Source: Callorhinchus milii
Taxonomy: Eukaryota
DNA length: 64,000 nt
Direction of reading: 5' to 3'
Assembly (NCBI RefSeq): GCF_018977255.1
Contig: NW_024704742.1
Location: forward strand, 19,346,001-19,410,000
Made by a program: the position numbers and the translations under genes. Under the pieces are notes generated by a model, which did not search any database, had not been told where the DNA came from, and saw only the letters and a program-made list of their open reading frames with translations. Below, in pieces: positions 36,857 through 49,948 of this stretch (positions are counted from its first letter, which is position 1; every line of letters begins with the position of its first letter).

Positions 36857-39800
36857 TGAGAGCCCCTCACTGGGGGCTGCAGATCCAACTGTGGCCAACA
36901 GGGGGTGAAGTGCTGCTGATTCCCCCGGGGGTCAGTGGTGCACTCTGGGGTAGCCCGGTCCTGGCTCCCAGTGTGAGGGCAATGACTGGGGGGGGTGGGG
37001 GTGGGAGGGGGGCCGAGCCCTCAGGAGGGTGGGCTCACCTTGTGACTGTATTGGATGCGTCGCTTCTCGTGTTAGGCGCTAACCCACCTCACTGCCTGAT
37101 CCCGGACTTTGCAGATGGTTCCCTGGAAGGCTGTCCCCTGCGTCCCCGGGAGCTCGGATCCATACAAGAAGACTGTTTGCACACACAGGTCTTACATGCC
37201 TCAGGCTGGACCTGCACTGGGACCGCGCTGAACGTGAAGGGAGGAGAGCATGACCAGTGTGCCCTTCACCCCTTCTCAGCGCAGTCCTTCAGGACAGTGT
37301 CCATCCTAAAGTTTGTGTCCACCTCGAGACCCCAAGGTAGCGGTACCTCGGGGTTCACCATGACCCCGAGATACCGATAACTGCCAAGAATTGGGTCTCG
37401 TGTCCCTTGCATCTTCCAATCAATACCCTCGATGTCTTCCACATTTAAAAGAAAACTTTTCAAATATCGTCCAGTTTTCTTACAAAAGCCCCAAAGCCCG
37501 AATGGCAATGCTCCTTCAGCACAACGCAGCAGCTTTAACAAAGCGACAGTAACTGTGGTTCACAATAGTGGAGAGAGTTGTTCAGACTACCATGTACTGA
37601 AATTGTTTTACAATTTACAGTAAGAAACTTGTTTCCAGATCAAAGGTTACTTTAAGCTGATTGAGGTCACTTGAACTGCAAGCCAACCAGTCGAAAAGAA
37701 AGATATTTCCTTGTAACTGTGACACTAGTATTTAACATGATTTGAACCCTGGTGCTTCAACCATAGGATTAATCAACAGTGCATTATCCCAGCCTTCTGG
37801 CGAGCTCAGAGAACATTATTTAAAATGAGTTATTTGAATGACTTGGATGAATTTCTGAAAACCTTTTGTTTCCTCTACTTTAATAGTTGACCTTTAAGCA
37901 AGTCTGAAATGCAAGTCTGAAATGCCTCAAATAGTTCCAGGTGTCTTTACCTACTTTTGTGATTTATTTTCAAGCTTTCTTACTGCATCATTCTTGCCGA
38001 ATCATTAATAATTTCATGAATTACTGATATTAAGCTTTATTTTCACTTACCATTTTGATTCTAAACATCAGCAGCACAGTTCTCAAGAAATCTAAGAAAA
38101 CTTCGTTTTCATTGTTTTGTTAAGCATCATGGAGTCACTGTAAATCTTGACTTTGCAAGACTTTCGCACTGGCCTTACAAATCAGTGTGAGCTAATAATT
38201 AAAGTTGAATCTCCGCATGCAGTACGCAAGTTAATAAAAGTAACAGTTTGAAATTAACATTTCCTTTCCTCCTCGTTCCCCCCACCAAATGCCATTTTAG
38301 CTATGTTTAGATTAGCTATCCTTTTGGAGGGAATGCTGATCTAAATACTTAATGCAGTTTGTCACTGTGAAGAAAGTGAATACTTTAATAGAAACTTAGA
38401 AACAGGAGTAGGCCATTCAGCCCCCCAAGCCTGTTCCACCATTCTATAAGATCATGGCTGATCTGTATCTGAACTCCAATTACCCGCCCTTGCCCCATAT
38501 CCCTTGATACCCCTGATCTTACATTATATAATTGAATGTAAGAGAAAAGCTTTTCAGAGTGTGCAGTACTTGGCCTGCAAGTAAGTCCAGCCCATGTTAC
38601 CACCATCATCAACAACAGCAAGATTACATTTGTATAGCACCTTTCACGTCGGGAAGACATCCCAAGGTGCTGGACAGTGTACAGCATTTCAGACCATTGT
38701 AATTCTGCTGGTATACTCTCTGCTGATCCACAGAACACTGGCCCAAATCTTTCAGGAATGTTTCTTTTATATATAAATATGTAACAATGTTGTGTGTGTT
38801 TATCCCATGTGTGAGCAATAATTTTCCAGCCAGATCATTTTAAGCTTTTCTCAGACTTATAATCTTCTCAGATAGCTTCTCATCGATCTTTGAGCATTGA
38901 TATAGGGCTTGTTTCCTGCTCAAAGAAAGCGAATTTGGAACTAACTAACCTTGAGCTAATTATTTTCCCATCCAAATTACTGTATTGATTTACTTCCCTC
39001 GACAACAGCTTTCAAATCCTGAAGTCTTTTTGAAATTGAAGAAAGGCATTTTTCCTTCCACAAAGTACAATATTGTTGCCTTACACTGAAGCTTTCAGAA
39101 ATGTGACTGAGGTGTTTGACCATACTTTGTAATGATTTGTAGTAAAGTAAAAACTGCTAGAATTAGAAAAGTGTGTGCATGCTTCACATTCCCTTACAGG
39201 GCACAAGACGATGCTGCCCATTGTGCTATCGCTATCCATTAGACTGCAGTGTTTTTTGCAGATGTTTGGAAAAACGCCTTGGAACATCCTCCTGACGTGA
39301 AAGGCGCAATACAAATGTAATATTGTATTGTAAAACGTTCAAATCAGGATTCCAGCAAGGAATCCACAGTTCTTGAGAGAGAGAAAAAGTTACCGTTATA
39401 TAATGTCTTTCACATCAATAACAACAACAAATTATATTTATACATGAAAGAAACATTCCTGAAAGAAACATTCCTTTCTAAAATACGATAAATTAGAAAT
39501 AAATGGATTGATTGTTATGGAGCCAAACAAGGGAACGAGGTTGTACCAACAAAGCCTGAAAAGCAACAATGAGATGACAGCTTGAGGCCAGAAAGCAGCA
39601 GCTGTTTTCTGAAGCCCACTGAGAGCAATACTGACAGCGGAAACCAGCTGGCAAATGGATTTACCCCCAGCGCTGTGTCAGTCTTCTTCCTTGGGATCAT
39701 TCTGTTGCTGCAAAAATACTCAATACTGGTAATTATATAGCATTTTTCAAAATATTTTCGAAAAACCCTATCGTCTCTGGGATTGCATGAAGAATTTTAA

Positions 39801-39879
39801 TTGGTTAATATTTTGGAAATTAACTGTTTTCTGGTAATCCGTCTTGTGTGAATTATTTTTTATAACTTTGAAGTGTCCA

Positions 39880-40145
39880 ACAGACAGCTATGAAATGAAT
39901 CATCAGCCTTATCTGGTGTTGGCCAGGACAGCAAGAAAAACTCCCTTCTCTTTTTGAATAGTGCCTTGGATTTTTTTATGTCAACGGTACCAGATTCTCA
40001 GTTTAATATCTCATCCAAAGGATAGCACGTTTGACAATGCAGCACTCCCTAGCACTGAATTGGGGTGTCAGCCTTGACTGTAACATCAGAGTCCCAGCTT
40101 GAACCCACGTCCTTCTGACTAAATAGTGAACGCCTTACCAACACC
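39880..40145 (-). mobile_element. DeuSINE-like relic
   Basis: Reverse complement contains gctgacaccccaattcagtgctagggagtgctgcattgtcaaacgtgctatcctttggatgagatattaaactgag. Confidence 0.7.
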
Positions 40146-43100
40146 AACACCAATACAAGAAAGTTCCATTTGTCAGACTTTGGTGGGGCTTTTGGAAATA
40201 TTCCCCTACAATTTCCTTCCCTCCTCCTAAACACATTTAGCTCTTGTTATTATTTTACTGGTGAATGGGTCCCAAAGCGCATTTAATATCATAAAGGCTC
40301 ACAGTTTAATCACAGTTGCAGGTCTTAAAAAATGTCTTATCACTGACACAATTTAGATATCAGAATGAATCATGGTTCAAAAGATTACATGGCGCTCCCA
40401 AATACACACAGAGTGTGTGTACACATACAGGCCATTGTACCCTATAGACAGGAAGGATGCAGATTCTTTGGCATGTGGTTGAATCCAAGTACAAGTGAAA
40501 CACTGTTTAAGCTCTGTTGCTATTAATGTTGTTGCTTTATGTCATTTCCATTGGTGTCATGAATAGTCCAAAGACCAGAGCTATTACAGCTGTGCAGGGC
40601 TGATGCAGATTGTGGTAAAGTAACTCTATCTATAACATTATTCAGTGAATGAATTAAACCACTGATGAGTTTGTGATTTATTGTATTTTCCATCGTTTTG
40701 ATGGTTCTATTTCTTTGAAAAGTGATTTTTAAAAATTATACCTTCTGAGCAAATATGATTCTGTAACTAAACTTTTGGAAGCTTCCTATATATTTCTATA
40801 TTGTTGTCAGATTTGGGCAAATTTGCAGTTGTCCTCGAGTTAAATCAAAATCATTGCAAACTAATCTTTAAACTCCTTCATAAGCACTTTGAGACGTCTC
40901 GTTGACGTGAAAAGCGCTATATCAAATGCAAGGATTATTATTATTATTATCTGGAATGTGTACTCAAGGACAGTCATCTGAGCTCATTGAATGGGATTGT
41001 ATTGCATACCACTCTTTCAACACCTTAATTTTGGTCTACAAAAAGATTGCCTGGATTTAACCTTGTTAGACCTATTGACTAAATTTACCACTATAGTGGA
41101 ATCAGTAATAGCTTTTCTGCGTTGTATTAATTCTAAACAGCATATCTTGTGGATCAAGGATTGAATGCCAAAATCAAACACAAAATTGCATTGGTATTTT
41201 ATTCTCGTTCCCACACTCCGCTTCTCTCCATCGAGGAGATTTAAACTCACACTTAAAACTCAAGGGAAGAGATAAAGCTGTTGTAATCCTTATATGGATA
41301 CGATTTGAAAATAAAACTGCAGCTGCCCAAGGCTGAAGAATTTTTCCCAGTTGAAGAAAGCTGTTTATGGTTGATCGCTGGAAGGCATGATATGAACAAA
41401 AACAAAGAAAAATAACACAATAGAAGTTAGATTGAAAACGTTGTCGTGTGATGTTTTTGTTTCTCCCAATCTGTCTTTTTATCAAACTTTTTAAAAAAAA
41501 GCATAGAAAAATACCTTTGGATTTCTGTGGGGTCTATTACTTAGTTTCCGTAGTAGTCCGACTGTGACACAGTCATAGATTCCACATAGTCTGACTGTAT
41601 CAGGCAATACAGCTGCAGACTCAACCACTATCTGACACTACTTTGCAGCACACTGTGCAACATGGTCCATGCTGTGTGGCTGTACCATGCAATACAACAA
41701 CAACAACAAGATTCCATTTATAAAGCGCCTTTCACGTCAGGAGGACGTCCCAAGGCGCTGCACAGTTGGGTCATGCAGTCAAACTACATGATACCTGACT
41801 GCACTACCACCAAGGCCCCAGCTCTCCTAGAGGACCTTCTGATCATCTTTTACCGCATAAAAAGTGTTCACGTCCATTTGAACAGGTGTTGGTTGAGCAC
41901 CCCCTGTTATAACTTTGTGCTAAATTGTGTAAATCTTGCGAATCATTTTGCCTGACCGAAACCACTGATCAATGTTTAAATTCATTGCCGACAGGACCAA
42001 GCGAAACTGTTTCAAGTTTGATTAAATTCCAATCGCAAAACAACATTGTAGACATCTGTGTTCAATTGAAAGCATTTATTGAAGTGATTTAACAAATAAA
42101 ATACAGTATTTTGGATTAGAATAGCTGGCACGCAAATCATTTATTAGCAGATATTTCTGAGTGGTTTAAAAGCTCCAAATTATTTAGTATGCCTGGACAA
42201 GAGTGATCAGTTATCAACCTTCTGGCAGCTAATTCGACAGAAAGTTGATAACTGATCTCTCCTTTTCAGCCATACATTTGTGTACGTTTCTAAGAGGGAA
42301 TGTATATTGTGATTTGCTCTTTCAAGGACAATTTGTTTTTGTTAGCTGGCAATACAAGCAATAAATGCCTCTACATCCCAATTTTCATCATTCTTCCTTT
42401 CAATTGGTAACCAACATATTACAATGTGGAAATACTACCTTACAGCATCACAAGGTTCACCATAAAGCAAGTAACTTTTATTTTGTTTCTCGACAGAACC
42501 CACAATCACTGCACTTTATAGTATATCTTGTGATGTGCTTCTGATATCCTCTCAACCTGAAAGGTGATATACCAAATGTAAAGATTATTTTATTATTATT
42601 CAAGAAGATGTCATTTTTCATCTCCTCAATGAAGACTTAGTGGGAAGGCAATGGGGTAAAGCTTACAGCATATCACCCTCCTTTTACATCAATGAATGCA
42701 TTCATAGAGTTATATGGAGTGATATGGTAAGGAAACCCACCATTTGGCCCAACTAGCCCATGACAGTGTTTGACTTCACACAACCTCCCACTTCTCCTGT
42801 TTCTCACTATACCCCTCCATTCCTCTCCTTCATGTTTGCCCTGTTTTCTCTTAAATATACTGATGACTTTTGCTTCATCAAGTTCCTTCTGAATTCCTTA
42901 TCAGATCCACCACTTCCGATCTTACATTTATGTCCTCTAGTTTGGCACTCACCAGCAAGTGGAAACAGCCTATTAATAGCCACCTTATCAAATCACAATT
43001 GACTTTTACTATCTTCAAGTTTCTTTACATTCACAAGATGGATACAAAGTCATAGACGATAGGTCCAGTACGTCCATGTAGTAAAATTCTGCTGTGGGTT

Positions 43101-45429
43101 GGCAAGCTACTGCAATATGCCTCAGGCATGCTAGTGTGATTCCATGAGTGTGCATTTGGTGAGAAGCACCAAGAATCCCTCTTTGCTAAGTAGACATTTG
43201 TAATTGAAATGCAAGGCTTAATCCAATTTTCTGTGAAACTGATGGGTGCTGAATAAACATTATGTGACGGATACATTTAGGCTTAGAGTGCCACCAAGTG
43301 GCAACATTTGGTTTTAATTGGAACAAATGGTTAATCCGCTGTTTCAGTAGTTGTGTTAAGAGTTTTGTGTTTATTTTTTCGGGTACTAAATAAATGCATT
43401 TATTTTTAAACCCACAGTTGTTGTTATGAATATGTATTTGAACATAAATTCTCTTGTTAGTAAATTTACTCTAACTGTGTGATGTTTTCATACAGGTAGA
43501 CACAAATATAATAAAAATCTTAGTATTTGCTTTGGCACCTTTCATGTTGGGAGAACGTTTCAAAGCACTTCTCAGGATTTGCTGTAATGTTTAGTGACTG
43601 TTATGTTTTGTAAATGCAACAATGTGCCACAAACAACCATGAAATGAATGATCGGTTTTAATTGGGTGATTGTCGGCCAGGACACCGGGAGAAAATCCCT
43701 TCTCTTTTCGAGTAGTGCTATTACAATACAATTCAAATATACATTTAGCAGCGTCTTTCATGACAGGCGCTGAACCATCTGGGGATGGGGGCTGTGGGTT
43801 GGACAGTGGGGGCAGAAGGTCAATGAGGGAAGATTGACAGAAGGTCAAAGAAGGCGGTATTGAGGCAAACCTTGAAGGAAACGAGGGAATGGACGAGTCG
43901 AAGGTTCTCTGGGATGCAGTTCCAGAGAATGGGACAGATATGCTGATGGTGGAGCGGGTCGGGCGATCACTGTAATCCAGTGTGGCTGAGTTTAAAGATA
44001 TCAGCGTAAGTATTTATACATTGATGGTCAAGTGGCCTTAAGACCTTACCTTAATGCTAAAGCTGGCCTACTCCTCTGCCAATGGAGGTCCAGGCTGAAT
44101 AACATCTGTTTCTAGACCAAAATACCAAATTTGTCAATGGCCTATGTATATCACTAATATTCACTTTAAAAAGTGATCCATGAAAAACTTTCCAGGCTCA
44201 CTCCATTAAATCCACTTGGAAATTCCTCTACTATTTATATATTGAAGCAAGTAGAAGAACAGGTTTAATGTTGATACTTTTAATATTTATAATAATCCTT
44301 GGCGTAATAATCCTTGCATTTGATATAATGCCTTATCACATCAATGAGATGTATCAAGTGTTCTGCACTCATAAGTAAGAGATGTTCATTTGTTTTCTAC
44401 TGTCCTCTCGCACCGTTGAGGTCAGCAATATGTGGTTCAACGTCTGACAGCAATGCCATGTTGCTCAGATGCCTCTTCACTGCGTTCTGCTTCATGGAGA
44501 TTATCATCATAATAATAATAATCCTTTCATTTGATGCAGCACCATTCAAGTTGGGAGAACATTTCAATGCACATTACAGAAAATACTGTAAATTGCATCA
44601 ACTGTAAATTTATTTTGTAGCAACAATGTCCCACAAACAGCCATGAGGTTAATGACCAATTTTATTTGGGGAATTGTTGGCCAGGTGTAGCAGTGGTGAC
44701 ATCATGAAAATGATGCAAACTCGATTAAATATTCGTTTGAATGGAGACTCAATGTTTGTTAGAATGTTGCATGGTATGGTTTCAATCATTTACACCCCAC
44801 AGGTAGCAGGAACTGTCTCACTGTTTCAATCGGTAGGAATGTGAACTGGTCTACACTGTCTTAGTTAAAGGATGTTGATGTTGTCTGAAGGGGGCCTGAT
44901 TTTCATGAAAGATCATTGTCTGTAAAAATGTGTATTGTGTGAGAGAACAAGGAGACAAGGGGATAAAACACTAGGTATTTGAGCAGGCAGGAAAGTTGCA
45001 CATCGGAGGGGTTTCCAACAAGAAGTGGGTCAGCTTGCTCCCCTGCTCAAACTGTAAGTGACAACATTTTGTGTTTTGCGACTCTGAGTTAATTTAAGGC
45101 TTTGGGATGTTGTCAAATTACATACTTGTGTCCATTAAATATTTTAATTTATTTTGAATAGTGCGTATTTAAAATTTATTAATATAAATAGGTTATTGTT
45201 TTTGTCCTCCAGACTCGAAAATCTCCGACTAATCACTGAAGCATTGGGTATAAAATATATAAAATACCAAGCTCTGTGGAACAGGGCACGGGGAAAGAAA
45301 ATTTTCCAGATTCTGAAACTGATCAGCTATTTTAAAGGGCCATTGTGTTCTTGTGAAAGAATATAAGCTGCAACTCCTTGTATTCATTCAGCTAAAGAAT
45401 ACAAGGATGAAGGATTTGTTAAAACATAG

Positions 45430-45650
45430 CATCATAGAATCATAGAATTATACAGCACAAAAGGAGGCCATTCGGCCCGTCCAGGCCGGCTCTTTGAAAG
45501 AACTGTCCAAATTAATCCCACTCCCCCGCTCTCTCGCCATAGCCCTGCAAATTTGACCTCCCTAAATATCTATCTACTTCTCTTTTGAAAGTTGTTATCG
45601 AATCGGCTTCCACCACCCTTTCAGGTAATGCATTCCAGATCTGAACAACT
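45430..45650 (-). mobile_element. CR1 3' fragment (same family as 63141-63461)
   Basis: Reverse complement closely matches 63250-63461; (TTCTATGA)n-type tail. Confidence 0.85.
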
Positions 45651-48600
45651 CAGACCATGTCATGTCACTTATGAGCTGCATCATTATTATAAACAATTAT
45701 ACGCTTCTTTTTCTGTTGCCATTTTCTCCCTCTCATCTCCTGAAAATGTTTGACTTATTTTTCTTTCTACTGGGATATGATTCAATGGGTGCCCTCTCCT
45801 AGCCAAACATCAGCCTTGCCACTGAGTGTAGTCAGGCTATTCAACCATGGGATATTGCTGTTCAGTCTGATCTCTACCTAATGTCCACACATGTTCACCT
45901 CCAGCAGATGTTAATAGGAAGCCACCTGGAGCCAGAACCCTGGTCAATTATTCCCCCATAACTGTGGGGTACTGAAGCCAATTGCATTATCCCTACTGCT
46001 AGCTTGGCTACGATATGTTAACTTGTATTAAGGAAAGATTTATTACAATATGTTCCACATAGTGGTTACAAACTTGTATGGCTTTTTAATAAAAAACAGT
46101 GCCTTATCTATACAGTGAAACTTGCAGTGGAATGGATTGTTTTGTTAACCTCTGACCAAAAAGGTTAATTTGTCATTTGTGACAACTTCAACATCTATCT
46201 CGGGATTATCCCAAACTTTATAAGTTACTTATTCTTATTAGTTTGGGTTCCTTTTCAAACCGGGCCTCACTGTGCATTAAAACCCACACTTTGATTACTG
46301 AACCCTGACATTAACTACCATTTACCAAAACTGCTCACTCACCTTCATCTCTCTGCATGATGTTGACAAGAGGTTAGAAGCAGCCCTAAATGTTTCAGTA
46401 TTGATTTTGGAAAAATTATCCTGTGGGAGAACAGAGAGCCTTTTGAGATCGCAGTCATTACCTCATGACCCAAATGCTTTATGAGCTGGAGGCCTGGAGA
46501 CAGAATATGCTCCAGGACTGGTGCTCTGCCAGGCAGAGAGGACAAGCCCTGGTGCATTTCTGAAAACCTCTGTGAAGTGACTTCATGATCTTGAGAAGTT
46601 TGAGAGGTCCAAAATGGGAGAGCAGAAAAAAACATATTTCTTTCACTTTCCTAGCTTTCTTTTCCTTTCTCTTTCCTTAAAGCACTTTGAGGCACCCTCC
46701 TGCTGTGAAAGGTATTATATAAATGTGTATTGTATTGTATTACTCCTACAAAGTGTAGCAGAGACATCTGTGGTGGCTAACATCAACCAATTGCCTTCTG
46801 CCCCGCTACAACCAAAGTAATGTTTTTGCCCACAAAATATACAGTCAATTCAGTTTACGGTATAGTCTGTGAAGTGCTTTGAGGCGTCTCGAAGATGTGA
46901 TAAAACGTTATATCAAATGCAAGTCTTCTTATTATTAATAAGGGGACATACTGTAAGTTTAGAGTTGCAAAGAGTAATTTCAGGAGAAATGCCTACAAGG
47001 TTTTCCTTATTTAGAGAGTGATTAATGACAGCAAGGGAGGCATGGAATGCAAATTCAAAGAGTGAATCCACTGTAGTGTTAGTGATTCCAGTGGCAAAAA
47101 CAGAGCCCTGAAAACATTTGTCGATCCTTTAAGTAAAAGAATGGTGCGTGGCGGAGAAAGGAGGACAAATAAATCAGGAGAAGAGAGAGAGAGAGAGAGA
47201 GAATATACCACCAAACAAGGCTTATTAAACCAAAAAAGTGTCAATTCCAACAATTACCCTATTTAAAATAATTTATTGTTTTGGTTCAATAATCTAAATG
47301 CTGTTCAACAAAAGTCCACTCATACACTGATTGTTTTTTTCCTTAGAAGATATTGGGAGGGTGAACAAAAATGATTTAAGTTCTTTCCACATTACTTAGT
47401 ACCACGATGAAGGTTCTGCCAGTAGCAGCACATCTGTTATGCATGAGGTATTCAGAATATTCTTCTTTTCCTTCACGGGGACGGATAATAGATCTTAGTC
47501 TTGCTGTCTTGCTCTGCACTGTGTCAACAGAAGCGCCAGGAACCTTTTGGCACAATAGCCGTCTTTTCTATGTTGTGACTGAAGCAATGACCCAACTGAA
47601 CCAGGAGGTGGCACTGGCATAGAAGGAACCCACTGCAAATGCCCACCTCACAATGAAAGGCTGAATTTCCTGATAAAGTGAGGTCTGATCAAACCCTTTT
47701 TGATCTGCACATTAACAGTCTCTGCACACTACCTGTACTGCTTTAGAAGAATTGTTCTTACAGTGGCCTTGGTCAGCCAGTTCCAGCTTTGCATCTCCCT
47801 GGCAGAGGGAGAAATAAGGACAACAAAGTTCAAAAAATAGCAGCTAAATGTTTATTAAATTGGATCTGTGCATTGCAGCTTTTAAGCCTTTAACTAATAC
47901 TCTACAATGTTGTTGAATTGTCACTTAATTTTTAGAATTCAGTTGAATCCTGATTTACAAACTCAACACAACTATTTTGCCAAGAAATGTTATACTTCGA
48001 TCAGGATTACTGTAAACTCAGATTAAAAAATTACAATTAGGAAAACTTTGTATATTATATAATCATTCTTTCAGTAATTAAACATACAAAACCATCAGAG
48101 TATTTTACCAAGTCCAGTCTACACAAAAGAGAGCTCTAAAATATACTTCTGTCACTTGATGATAACTATTGAAATGAAATAATTGAGGAACGATTTGAGG
48201 GCATAAACCTAATGTCTAGGCAATTTAAACAGTTAATCATCAACATAATTAGCCATCAACCTAGGTCAGCTGGTAGCACTCTCACCTTTGTGCGTTAAAA
48301 CTCACGTTGGGATTGTAACGTCAGAGTCTAGCTACATTGTCGGATATGTTGTCCTTGAACAAAATGTTAAACCGAGGTCTAATCTGACTTGGCTAACAGT
48401 CCCCCAAATAGAATTGGTCATTCCCTTCATGGCTGTTTCTGGGATGCTGATGTGTGCAAATTACTTGCTGCATTCGCTTAATAAATAGGATTGTTATTAA
48501 TAGAAAGTGGATTCTTTTTTTGCTGAAGCAAGAACACAGCAAATTCCAATACCCAACAACTTAATTTAGCACCAGCACAAAGTTATGACTGATCAGGCAC

Positions 48601-49059
48601 TAGATAGAAGCATTTAATATGCAACTTCAATATACAAACAGATGCCTTATGTATGCTAATATATTCTAATTAATGCTAAAGAACAGGACATCATATACTG
48701 ATGGCAGTGAAGACTGCAAAAAACTAAACTCAAAAAATAATCCTGCTTTTGAGCGCCCTTTCTTCTTATCAAACAGTTATTAAATTGTATGGGCGATTTC
48801 TTTGACATGAGATTGATGCTGCCAACTACAGTGAGTGAATAGATGCCTAGATTATTATATCTAAGGAAGTTAACAAAGCTTTCAGAATTCCACAAATGTC
48901 ACACACTGAAAGGAAAGGGATTAATAACTTCAAACAGATGCTAAATCAAACAGTGGAATATAATAAGATAATGGTCTAAAGGTGCAGCAAAAAGCTCTGG
49001 AGGTAACAGGGAAATTTATGTGGCCACAGAGCACAATTCTGCTGTCTCCATTTTGTGCC

Positions 49060-49382
49060 GGTGTCTCCCTTTTGCTCCGGCCTGCTTCACATTTCCCGCC
49101 TCGCCCGCCCCACCATTGGCGGCCTTCAGCCACTCTGCTCACGCCCTCTGGAACTCCATCCCGCGGTCCCTCCACCTCGCCCCCTCCTTTGCCTCCTTCA
49201 AGACCCATCTCAAGACCCTCCTCTTCAACCGTGCCTTTGATCACCCTCCTTCCCCCCCTACCCTCCACCCTCCCCGATCCAGATCCCCAGTTCGGGTCCG
49301 AAACACTGATTGTCCAGCGCCTTGGGACGTCCTTCTGACGTGAAAGGCGCTATACAAATGTAATTTTGTTGTTGTGGTTGTT
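49060..49382 (+). mobile_element. L2 3' fragment
   Basis: LWNSIPRSLHLAPSFASFKTHLKTLLFNRAF plus L2 tail. Confidence 0.88.
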
Positions 49383-49714
49383 AGCAGAAAAAATAGTGAA
49401 AAGATTAAAAGGTATTTTTTCCACTTAGAGGATTTTTAGGGTTTGGAATTTATATGGTTATTGAGATTGGATCAACAGAATCATTAAAAAGTGAACTGGA
49501 AAAGAGGTGACAAGATACTTATGGGGAGAGAACTGGGATTGATTTAAAAGACAGATGATTTAGAAAAATATGAAGCAGTAGCACAGACATGATGGCCGAA
49601 TGCTCCCTTCTGCGCAGAACATTTCTATGTTTCTGTGTTGTGATTGAAGTCAGGATTGCTCTTTGCAAATGTGTTTTTCTAGTATTTAGGGACAGTTTTG
49701 CAATTGTCAATAAA

Positions 49715-49948
49715 CCAATAATCCTTGCATTTGTATTTGATCTAGCGCCTTATTACATCTTCAAAGCGCTTCACAGTAAAGCTTTACTGTAAAGTTTAGT
49801 GACTGTGCGTTTTATGGGCGAACTAATAAACTTACTGCTGGGTAAACAGAGGTGTGTGGAGTAAGAAAAATTGCCCAACCCGGGAATGAAACCCAGGTCT
49901 ACTCGCTTGCGAGGCGAGTGCTCTAACCACTGAGCTACAGTACAGGAC
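49715..49948 (-). mobile_element. Deleted tRNA-derived SINE
   Basis: Head ctcgcttgcgaggcgagtgctctaaccactgagctacag plus tail. Confidence 0.8.
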
